Shown here in pieces: positions 49,126 to 59,835 of a DNA stretch of 64,000 nucleotides; within the stretch, counting starts at the first letter, position 1, and each line of letters begins with the position of its first letter. The notes under the pieces were generated by a model. It worked only from the letters and a program-made list of their open reading frames with translations, was not told the origin of the DNA and did not search any database. Source of the DNA: Macrostomum lignano (Eukaryota); contig NIVC01000319.1 in NCBI GenBank assembly GCA_002269645.1, forward strand, positions 496,001-560,000, given 5' to 3'. The translations under genes were made by a program, and so were the position numbers.

Positions 49126-52100
49126 GTGCTTTCCCTTTGTTCTTTTTCCATTGTTACCCCCCCCCCCGAATTCGTGTGGCTCGGTTTCAGAGTAATTACA
49201 GAGAGCAGCTTTCAGAGTATAATGACAAGAAAAATTTTATTCTTTATTCAGTTATTCGAGGCTAATTTTTAAACGACGCAGCAGAAGCGGCTACAAGCTT
49301 AACTGAATATAGCGATTATGCTTGTGCAGAAACCCTAGACATTTCAATAAGGCGTTTGCTATGTAAAATTCTCTAGAAAAAAGGGGGGTCCTGTACAAGA
49401 AAGCTCAACGCTCCTCTCAAAATAAAGATCGAAAAAAACTAAGTAGTGCATCTTGTAGAGGGATAAATTCTGTACAGGATGGCCAAGAAACCAGATTTCT
49501 ACGTTAAATTATAAATTCTAGGGAGCAACTAGAAAAAAACCAGCTTTCTACGTTCAATTATAAATTCTAGGGAGCACTAGAAAACACCAAGCCTCCAACT
49601 ACTTTCTGCATGATATGGCCAGTTTCCCGTCCCTAGTTTAAGTAGTCCCTGAGTGTAGCACAACCAAAGGCCCTAAGCAAACCAAAATTGCAACAAATCA
49701 ACGCAGATGTAACAAAGCCACGTAATAAAATACGGTTAAACCATGAACATGATAAAACAAAGCTTAAAATCAGTAAAGATGACTAGACTTGTTTCTATTA
49801 ATAATAATAGGTCTATGTTTAAATTAAATGTAAGTTATAAAAAAATTCACGGTCACGCACGGTTTCACGCACGGTGTAGTTCCAATCACGCACGAAAAAA
49901 ATTACGGTCGGTCGATCCTTATATAACGCTCCAAGATTACAAACTAGTTGAAACTACGTAGACTTTTGTATCGCGAAATTATTCGCTTGTTTATTCTAGT
50001 GGCCCTAGGCCAAAATCAAAATCAAAATCATTTATTGGCCCTAGGCGGCGCTAGGCCTACGCATACTCACTATTTTATACATCTATGGCATAATTATCAA
50101 AAGCGCATTGCCATTATTGGCATTTTTGCAGAATTTCTAAATTGAATTTTACTTTTTATATGACTTACTACTTTCGTAGTTTCTATTATTAAATTTAATT
50201 AGTAAAATATTTTTTTTAATATGAATTTTATTTTATAATAAATTGTATTTATTTTAAAAGAATACAATATTTTAGGTTCAATATTTAATAAATTTAAATT
50301 TTAGTTCTTTTAATTAAATTTAAATAAGATGGCCTATGCCAATGCCATGCCAATAGGCCTAATAGCTAATTTAAGTTAGGCCTAGTAGCTAACTTATTAA
50401 AATGATCTACTTCTATACTGGTAGTGGTAGCATATCTAGCCTAATTTCTAGCCTAAGTAATGCCAACTAATGATGGCATTTTCTATCCTTCTCCTTTATC
50501 CTTTAAGGGAATCTTTCTCTCAGTCTTGGGTAGGCCTATTGGCTGGTTAAATTAAAACCAGCCAATATTCTATTCTTGTTTTCTATTTATTTTTGCATGC
50601 CTCATTTGCTTTTCATGTTTCTAGAGTATAAAGGCTGTTTTGTTGTTCTTGATTACTTGAGTAAGTAGTGAGTTGGCAAGTTGATTTTCTTGGCCCTTTT
50701 AGCCTTCTATCTATACTATTAAAATGTGATAATAACAAATATTATTTGTTAAATATTTTTACAATTTATTATAGCTAGGCCTAACCAAAATAGAAAAATG
50801 TTTTATATAAATCTAAATGAAGTTTTTCTAAGAAATAGGCCCTATTATAAGAAGTTAACCCATAATATAGAAGGTGGGCTTTATACAAAAAAATTCTGGC
50901 ATATTTTTGCTCTTGCTGACAATCTTGGTATACACTTGGCGTATAGAATTTTCAGGTTCAATATGAAGTATACATAGTTAGCATATTTAAAAATGGCAAT
51001 GTCAGGGCTAATGTAATTGTGTTATTAAATTTCAACCAAAAAGCTCTTTAAAAACTAATTAGAAACTATAATAAAAAATATTAACAAAATTTATAAGAAA
51101 AACAAAATTGAAACAAAGAATATCTGTTTTTAGCAAAATACTGCCATGGTATATGTTCTGTCGTAGAGCACCTTCTACTTGTCTTCCCTGCAACTAAAAC
51201 TGTTACAGGGGTCTTTTACTGTTCACTGGGAATCACCAAAACTGTTACAGGGGTCTTTTACTATTCACTGGGAATCACCAAAACTGTACTAAGGGTTGGA
51301 AAATTAAATCGGGACTGGGGGATTTGGGAGGAATTGTTTGGAATAGCCTACTGAAAGGAGTATTCCTTGAGCGTGGGTGTGTCCAAGCAGCAAGACACAA
51401 TTTCCTTTTCAATCCAGGGAATATAGATGGGAGAAGGGAATTAAGGGCTTTGCAATAGATCAGAGTTGCCTGAGAAAGTGCACTAATGGGGAATTTCTAA
51501 ACACTAATAGGGAATGCTGGCCTAAGTAGACTGACCATCTAATATAGCATTAGGTAAGAAGGCAATCCACCTAATGAATATGGGAGATTTCTACCAGGAA
51601 GGGTCAAGAGTGGGGATGCTGGGGCAGACTATACATCTGAGGGAATAAGGCTGTATACCTGAGCAGACAGACTGTCCACTAAAAGGGGGGGAGGAGAGGC
51701 AGAAGAGGCGGGCGCCCAGTTCCGCTGGGAAAGGGGGGAGGCAATCACACTCGGGGTAGGACTGAACATCCCAGGGAGTGGGGAATGGGGGAAGGGAAGT
51801 GTTAAACACTTCTAGCTATATAAGCCTCACAGGAAAAGGAAGGCGGAGTGCTTTTAAATGACTAAGACTAGTCTATTTTTAGAACAATGTTCAGTTACAA
51901 CTGCAAAGAAAAGCCTTAATTATAGCCAGTCTGGCAGAGAAGGGAATATGCTCCTTCTCAATTTATTCTCTTGCTGATATATAAAACATAATCAATATGG
52001 CATATGCATTTAAACTAATAAAAACACTAGATTATATTGTAGGCTACTAATCAATACTAAGATTTACTATTAATTGTATAAAAGATTTATTTATGCAGGC

Positions 52101-53337
52101 ACAGATATGTTTTTAGCAATTTAGAAAAATAGTCATATTTAGTGTACATAAAAATTATAGGCAAAATAGTGTCTCTTACAGTTCTTTAAAAAAATGGTAT
52201 ACAAGCAACTCTGGGCTTAGTGTAATTTTTTTTTAATTTTACATTGAGAGAGATGAGAGAGCAAAGACAAGAGAGAAGAGAGGTTGGGAAGAGACAAGAA
52301 AAAAGGGGAGAAAGAAGAGAAGAGATATGATAGGAGAGACAAAAGATGAGAGAGAAAAAAGGAAACAGAAGTGAAGATAGAAGTTTCGAAAGATCTAAGA
52401 AACATAAGAGAGGCAGAGGTCAAAGTTTTCCAATACATGTTTTAGATAGACATTGCCTGATATTCTATGCTGCAGCCAACAAGATCAATGCTTGCAAGTT
52501 TTAATGTTTAGTGTTTAATTAATGTTTTTCAAACATTAGTGTTAGTGTAAAATTAAAAACACATGAGTTTTCATTCTGGTATATGCCTGCCATGATCTGG
52601 ACTATGGAAGTAAACAAATATTTATGAAGGCTAATACTATATTAATATAATAAAAAAGCTAATTATTATTGTAAAAAGATATTGCCTTATTATTCATTTC
52701 AATCTTTATCATAAAGTCATAGCCTCATACTGATAGGTAAATTATGGCATAGACATTAGACATAGACTAATAGACATTATTACTAAACATAATAATTTAG
52801 TTAAAATGGGACTGTAACTTATCTTACATCTAACAAATAATAAAAATACCAGTAGAAGCATATATAGCCCCCCCTAGTAAAATTTTATTTGTTGCCAATG
52901 CATTTTGTTTATCATAGACATTGTCAGTCTCAATTTAATCCAAATGATATTAACACACCAGTATATTTAAGAAAACAAGTTTTAGGCCTATTTATAGTCC
53001 AAAAACAGGTCAAAACAGATTTAAAACAAGTATAAATATAAAATTGAAGGAGAGAATGAATAGACATGGCACTGATCATAGTAATCTGAGCTTATGCTCT
53101 ATTTAGATGAGTCTACATGCAATGATCAGCAAGTGTAGAGGCTAATAGACACCCTATAGCAATGCCATCAATTTGGCAATAGCATAGCATTGGTGCGGCA
53201 CTAGTAGACTACTTTAAATAGAGCACTGCAGCTTATTTCGACCTTCAACTGCAGCCACGGCAGTCGGCAAAATGCCTTCACCTCCATCTGGTGTTTCGCT
53301 GCTCTTCTCAACCTCGCAGCCCGCGGCCTCCCTGCCA

Positions 53338-55063
53338 ATGTCCCCGGAGGTGGCGGCGGCCGCTGCCATGGCAATCGGCATGCGCGCATCGGCGGCTGCC
53401 CTGCAGTTTCTGCTGCTGCTGCTCGCAGCTGACCTGGCGTCCCGCTGGTCCCAGCAGGTGGCCGCCGCCTCGGCTGCTCCCTCCGGCCTCGGCCGGGACT
53501 ACACGCTGCGCACCTGCGGCCAGACCCTGTCTCTGGAGGGCCTCGACTGGGCCGGCGTCACCTGGGAGCCGCCGGTCAGCCAGTGCGGCCTCACCGTCCT
53601 GCCCGGAGCCGCCCGCCGCGTGCTGGCCTGGCGGCGAACCCTGGGCCACCCCAGCCCCGCCTCCGCCTGCTACATCGACCTGTACCGGTGGCTGTGCCTG
53701 CCCAAGCAGCCGCACTGCAACACCCTCGTGGTGGCCACCGGCAGGCACGAGAGCGGCGCCCTGCTGGAGCCGCCGCCAGCCAGCAACCCAGCCGGCTTGT
53801 CGCTGGGCGAGACTGACTTTCTGCAGGTGGGTGACAGGCTTGGCTGTGTGTCCCTGTTTTTAGTGCCCTGGGAGATTTGAGAGAGTGGAAAACAGTTAAT
53901 AAGACCCAATCTGCGTTGTAAGGGAACGCTTTGTTATTGGGTCTTTGTCTTTGTCTCCAAGTTTCCAATTGAATTAAGACGCATTTTGTCCATCCTAGTG
54001 GACACAAAGCTTTCAATTAAGACACATTTTGTCCATCCTAGTGGACACAAAGCTTTCAATTAAGACACATTTTGTCCATCCTAGTGGACACAAAGCTTTC
54101 AATTAAGACACATTTTGTCCATCCTAGTGGACACAAAGCTTTCAATTAAGACACATTCTGTCCATCCCAGTGGACACAAAGCTTTCAATTAAGACACATT
54201 CTGTCCATCCTAGTGGACACAAAGCTTTCAATTAAGACACATTTTGTCCATCCTAGTGGACACAAAGCTTTCAATTAAGACACATTTTGTCCATCCTAGT
54301 GGACACAAAGCTTTCAATTAAGACACATTTTGTCCATCCTAGTGGACACAAAGCTTTCAATTAAGACACATTTTGTCCATCCTAGTGGACACAAAGCCCC
54401 CCCCCGCACCACCCGAACCCGCAGCTGCTGTACTGTGGCACCGGCGGCACCGTGCTGTACCTGCAGCTGGACAGCCAGAAAGACTCTGGCAACCCGACCG
54501 ACACCGCCGGCTCCAGCAGCAACTCTGTACTGCTCGGCGTCATCCTGCCCACTCTCCTAGTTGCCATGGCAACTGTCACGGCCGTTGTCTTCATCGGAGT
54601 CTGCGCCAGGCGGCGCCGATTGAAACGGCGCCAAATTCGGCGCCGCCATCGCTCGGAGCCGCCGCCAAGCTACGCGGACTGCGTGACGGCCAGCGCCGCC
54701 GCTGCCCAGCCAGAGCAGTGGAAGCTGGGCTCCAGGCTCTCGGCCGAGCAGCTTCATCGCTCCTGGCTTCAACAGCAGCCGCCGCCCCCGCCTTACGAGC
54801 TCGCCGTGGCCACCATCAGCCTCGGCCGCATGGCCATTGTCGAGTCCTCAGATTATCCCTGCTCGTTGGAGCACCAGGAGTCCCAGGACGCTAGCAACCG
54901 TTGCCATGACAACCCGGCGTTCGACGCCGGCGATGGCGACCAGCTGGGCGAGTCGGACAGCGTCAGGATGGCGGTGGGTCGCGGCATGCGTGCTCAGTAT
55001 TCCAGGAGTTCCAGGAGCATCTCGCAGGGACCGCAGCGCGGCTGCCGGGTCACCCAGGTCTGA
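53338..55063 (+). CDS. Type I membrane protein with a CUB-like cysteine-containing ectodomain and cytoplasmic PPSY/PPPY motifs, 375 aa; exons 53338-53826 and 54425-55063
   Basis: Signal segment ALQFLLLLLAA; TM VLLGVILPTLLVAMATVTAVVFIGVC followed by RRRR; EPPPSY, PPPPPY, DNPAF; phase-0 junction CAG|GTGG...CAG|CTG. Confidence 0.75.
53985..54395. repeat. 43-bp minisatellite (ATTAAGACACATTTTGTCCATCCTAGTGGACACAAAGCTTTCA)n
   Basis: About 9.5 units inside the intron. Confidence 0.95.
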
Positions 55064-55075
55064 GCAGGAGGCTTC

Positions 55076-55388
55076 GAATCATGGACCCTTGGAATCTGCC
55101 TGGACTGGACTGGGGGCTTTCTGTAATGAATTTAGAAATATCATGACATGGTTCCGGGGTTCGATTCCGCTCGCTTTTGCACCCTGTCTGAGTGCGTCCT
55201 AGGTTCGATTCTGCAAGCTTTTGGACCCTGTCTGAGTGCGTCCTAGGTTCGATTCCACTAGCTTTTGGACCCTGTTTGAGTGCGTCCCAGGTTCAATTCG
55301 GCGTGGTTTCCTTGCCCTTCCGCTTTGCTTGTATTTCGGCTCCCTTCCCAGTCCAGTCCAGGATAGCTCTCCAGAGGTCCGCGATTCC
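55076..55388. repeat. Fold-back / MITE-like element with internal tandem units
   Basis: Perfect inverted repeat CCTGGACTGGACTGGG (55099-55114) / CCCAGTCCAGTCCAGG (55347-55362), extendable imperfectly outward. Confidence 0.55.
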
Positions 55389-57297
55389 AATTGGTTTATT
55401 TGATTAACAGTGTAAAACAGATGTAGCTAGCTATTTTTTGTCTATAAGTAGAGTATTGCGCGTTTTCTGTTTTTTCGCTCTTGATATTTAGCAGATTCAT
55501 CAGTATGGGTAAACGGTTTCACTGACCTTGTCAACAGCTCTCGCGAGCCTCGTTTTTTGTTATTGATTTTCAATCAGACAGCGCTGTCATTATAAATACA
55601 ATTTAATAGTAAACGCGTTGCATTTTCAAGTCTATTACAGTTTCACTCGGCACCTGTTGTAACTGCCTCATCAAACAGCCTGCGGAGTTTTCGAGATTTT
55701 GTTGCTTAATTCAACAGAGGCTCGAGTGCTGCGCCTTTCCTTCGCTCCCGGTCTCAGCTGGTTGTCGGTTTCCTGAGCTTTCAAAGATAATGAAAGAGGC
55801 CTGAAAGAGGTGCCAAGAACCGATTTGGATCGCTCTGCTTCGATGCTTTTATCGATTAATCAGATTAGTTTGAGTCGCAACTCCTTGGCTTTCGGTTTGT
55901 TTCCGAGACACCTGGTCCCAATTGCAGACAGAATTGTGGCCTCACTGCCTTGTCCTGTTAGTGGCAATGTGAATCTGCCACTTGTCTGCATAGAGAATCT
56001 GCCACTAATACTCAGCAACAGTCAAAAGGTTCCACCCACTAAGCGAGATGATTTTTTCACTTATCGCGAGTGACGCAACTTACGGCACGCGCAAAGCTTA
56101 TTGCCGCTTGGAGGTGGTTTGGGTCTGCTTAATGGTCCAGGATGACAACGTGCCGCCACACCAAACCGATGCTGTTAGTCAACCGAAAGAACAGCTACAG
56201 CTGCGCACTCTTTCATCTCGTTTTCATCTCGCTTGGAGGGTGGAAATTTTCAGTTGCTGAGTATATTTTACTTTGGGAATCTGGCACTTATCTACCTCGG
56301 GGAATCTGCCACCTAGCCACTTGGAATGGTTCCATAAGAAACGCCAGTTGTCATGGCACAGCAAAAAGTGCAAACATTTTTAGCGTCCTAATCTATTTCA
56401 TCCCGGATGGATCTTACGCGTCTGTCTGGAGCTCTGACATCTCATGCTTATTAATCAACCAACAAGCGACATGTTATCACGCAGAAGTTAGCTAAAACAA
56501 TGCTGCATGTGCATGTGGCTAATACGGTTGGTTGGGCCTTGGCCAAGCGAGTATGCAGTCGCTCCATGATCAGATCTGAGTGCCCAACCCCACCCCCATG
56601 GGACCAGCCGTTCTGAAACGTGAGGGCGAAGTAGATTAGAGAGAGAAAAGCTGCACTCAAAGAAAAGCTGTGAGGTCGGAGCTCCTCTCGCATCGACCGG
56701 CTAAGGAAGCCCCAAAACTATGGGATGCGGCAATGGTCTCGCGAGCTTTCGACGCGCAGTTATCCGGGCATTTTCTGTCTTTTTATCCCGCATTAGTTCA
56801 TCGGGCTGCTAATGAGTGACAGTGGAAGTTGGAGCAATTAGCAGGGCTAATAAATAATTCCTTTGATAACGTTTAAAAGACAAGAGCAGGTTTGACTTTG
56901 GTAGTCTGCAGCAATCAGTGCCGAACGCAAGGTCTTTGAGAAAGTAATCGAACGTTATTGGAAATGCCTAAACTTGATTGCTTTGCATCCACGAGCTCAC
57001 TTAGCTCAGAAAATAATTAAAGACAAACTCGAGCTGTTCGATAGTGTGGATTCGCAGAGCCTCGGGTTGGCAAAATTTTGACCATCGTGGCGTGAAGGTG
57101 AGCCGAAACTGACCTGCGCAACTTGTTTCACATGGCTTAGCAGTTGGGGGGGGGGGCTATTTAGGTTGCAATGTCAGTGTGAGACAGTTACGCAAATTTT
57201 GCTTGAACTTTCGGTACTTTGCTCTTAGTTACATCGACCGGTGCTGCGCAACCAGCTCGGACAGACTGGAGCCGTCGGAGGCGTCCGGCAAACTCCT

Positions 57298-57984
57298 TTA
57301 TCTTGAACGCTTGCCGAACATTCCGCCGTTGAACCGCTTGCCGAACATTCCTCCATTAAAGCGTTTGCCGAACATTCCGCCGCTGAATCGCTTGCCGAAC
57401 ATTCCTCCATTAAAGCGTTTGCCGAACATTCCTCCATTAAAGCGTTTGCCGAACATTCCACCGTTGAATCGCTTGCCGAACATTCCGCCGTTGAACCGCT
57501 TGCCGAATATTCCGCCGTTGAACCGCTTGCCGAACATTCCGCCGTTGAATCGCTTGCCGAACATTCCGCCGTTGAACCGCTTACCGAACATTCCTCCATT
57601 AAAGCGTTTGCCGAACATTCCACCGTTGAATCGCTTGCCGAACATTCCGCCGTTGAACCGCTTGCCGAACATTCCGCCGTTGAACCGCTTGCCGAACATT
57701 CCGCCGTTGAACCGCTTGCCGAACATTCCGCCGTTGAATCGCTTGCCGAACATTCCGCCGTTGAATCGCTTGCCGAACATTCCGCCATTGAACCGCTTGC
57801 CGAACATTCCGCCGTTGAACCGCTTCTCTTGGAGCCCACCATGCTCTTGGCTGTGCGAAGCCTCTCCGTCTACGGCGGTCTTGACCTCTTGCTGACCTCT
57901 GCAGCTGCCGCACGAGGCGAGCGCAGCAACGAGCAGCGCGCACAGCAGGCACTCGCTGCTGAAAACCACTCTGCACAGCCGCAT
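57298..57984 (-). CDS. Neuropeptide precursor: signal peptide plus 19 x [peptide-G-KR] (17 FNGGMFa, 1 FNGGIFa, 1 FSGGMFa), 228 aa
   Basis: MRLCRVVFSSECLLCALLVAALASCG signal peptide, acidic spacer, dibasic sites with amidation Gly, and synonymous variation among the 27-bp units. Confidence 0.93.
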   Translation of the reverse strand: MRLCRVVFSSECLLCALLVAALASCGSCRGQQEVKTAVDGEASHSQEHGGLQEKRFNGGMFGKRFNGGMFGKRFNGGMFGKRFNGGMFGKRFNGGMFGKRFNGGMFGKRFNGGMFGKRFNGGMFGKRFNGGMFGKRFNGGMFGKRFNGGMFGKRFNGGIFGKRFNGGMFGKRFNGGMFGKRFNGGMFGKRFNGGMFGKRFSGGMFGKRFNGGMFGKRFNGGMFGKRSR

Positions 57985-59213
57985 CAGGTCTTCACTTCGC
58001 AGTGGAAAATTCGACGAAGTGCTGATGGTTGTCGGTTGGCCTCTTCTGCTCAAATCGATTTTGAGAAAGCGATAGAAGCGCAAAATTTCAATAGCAGCCG
58101 ATGCTTTTTGTCTGCACGGATCTGTGACAGGAGAGCATCAGTAGTTGGTGCGCGCAGGCCTCTCCTGGAGACCAAGTGACTGGGCATTGGCGGTCGCGGT
58201 TCTGGCGAATCGCGGCGCTGATGAGGCTCAGAGGCTGCGCCTATGTCTTGGCTTGGTTAATAACCGGATTAATGCTCTAATGCATATTTAATCCTTATTT
58301 TATGAAGTGGCTTCAGTTTGTCGGTGTGTTTTGGTTGCATGTATGAATTTAAAAAAGGTGACAATGAAGCCACTACAAGTACGGTTTTGATGCGAGACTC
58401 GCGAATGCATTATAGGTTCGCGAATGCATTACGAAGATGTACGTACAGACTGGGATGCATGATGCACTAGCACATGAGAAACTGTAACACTAAGCAGCAG
58501 GCTGCCTGACTTACTGCTGCTGTCCTGAATCTTGGGCTAGGCCCTTATCTTTGAAGTTGAAAACAAAGAACACCTGCTTGCACCATGGGAGGAGTTCCCA
58601 CTCGGCAAAGGGAATAAAAGTGTAGCTCACCTGTGTTGCCAGGAGACGACCTGACTCTTGAATTTAGCTTTTGCAGTCCTAAAGTTTCACTTACAAAAGC
58701 AGAGAGAATTCAAAGCTTCTCCCAGTTCCTTTCTTTTTTCCAAGGCAGACTCGCGAGCCCGCAGGCTTTGACCAGGAGAAGCCTGCAGGCGGGGAAAGCA
58801 TGTAGCCACTTGCCTTGCCTTTGGCCTATTATACAGTGAGCCGCTGTCACTCTGGAAAGCGCAACAATTTGCAGCAGTATGCTCGCGTGCACCGGCAGAC
58901 TGCGGCCCAGATTATGCCTATCGCAGGGTTCAATAGTTCCTCAACTTCACGGAGCTTTTCTGAAGTTCCCAACTCGAGGTCTAAAGATACTTTTGTGTGC
59001 ATGAGAGACCAATAGATAGACACAAGCGCAGTGATGAGAAAGATATAGAGTGGGAGAAATAAAGATAATTGAGAGTTTAGGATTGAAAGGGAGAGCTCTG
59101 CTATAAACTCAGCGTCAGCGGCAATAAGTTCAATATCGCAATTCCCCCACGCACGGACAAAGTCAACACAAAATACAGGCTGAAACTGGCGCTAAGGCCA
59201 CGGTATACCATGC

Positions 59214-59342
59214 TTGACTTACTTTGACTTCAAGCTGCATGGCAGGAAGGCGTGGGCGCCCCGATCCGCTTATCCCTAAACGGCCGACGCGTCGCTATAG
59301 ACGGAGGGTTGACGCCGCCCAATGGGGTCTCCAGCGCCACGG
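59214..59342 (-). mobile_element. Short 3'-end fragment related to the LINE at 25451-27857
   Basis: CTTACTTTGACTTCAAGCTGCA...GGAAGGCGTGGGCGCCCCGATCCGCTTATCCCTAAACGGCCGACGCGTCGCTATAGACGGAGGGTTG aligns with 25451-25590. Confidence 0.8.
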
Positions 59343-59349
59343 TAACATA

Positions 59350-59835
59350 AGATAGTAGAGGGGGTGAGATAAGGAATAATAGAGAGAGTGAGATAAGGAA
59401 TATTAGAGGGAGTGGCATAAGGGAGAGCAGAGGGAGTGACATAAGGGAGAGCAGAGGGAGTGACATAAGGGAGAGCAGAGGGAGTGACATAAGGGAGAGC
59501 AGAGGGAGTGACATAAGGGAGAGCAGAGGGAGTGACATAAGGGAGAGCAGAGGGAGTGACATAAGGGAGAGCAGAGGGAGTGGCATAAGGGAGAGCAGAG
59601 GGAGTGACATAAGGGAAGGGAGAGTACATGTAGAGGGAGTGGTATAAGGGAGAGCAGAGGGAGTGACATAAGGGAAGGGAGAGGAGAGGGAGTGACATAA
59701 GGGAGAGCAGAGGGAGTGACATAAGGGAGAGCAGAGGGAGTGACATAAGGGAAGGGAGAGGAGAGGGAGTGACATAAGGGAGAGCAGAGGGAGTGACATA
59801 AGGAATAGTAGAGGGAGTGAGATAAGGGAGAGTAG
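59350..59835. repeat. 24-bp minisatellite (GAGGGAGTGACATAAGGGAGAGCA)n
   Basis: About 19 units directly next to the LINE fragment. Confidence 0.95.

Noticed and set aside
53985-54395. Hairpin-containing 43-bp repeats (and the 47-bp array at 6828) as CRISPR arrays
   Set aside because: The units are head-to-tail with no unique spacers, there are no cas genes, and the context is a eukaryotic intron or intergenic region
57179-57895. Plus-strand RLPNIPPLN repeat ORF
   Set aside because: It is the antisense of the neuropeptide precursor, which has the signal peptide and processing sites
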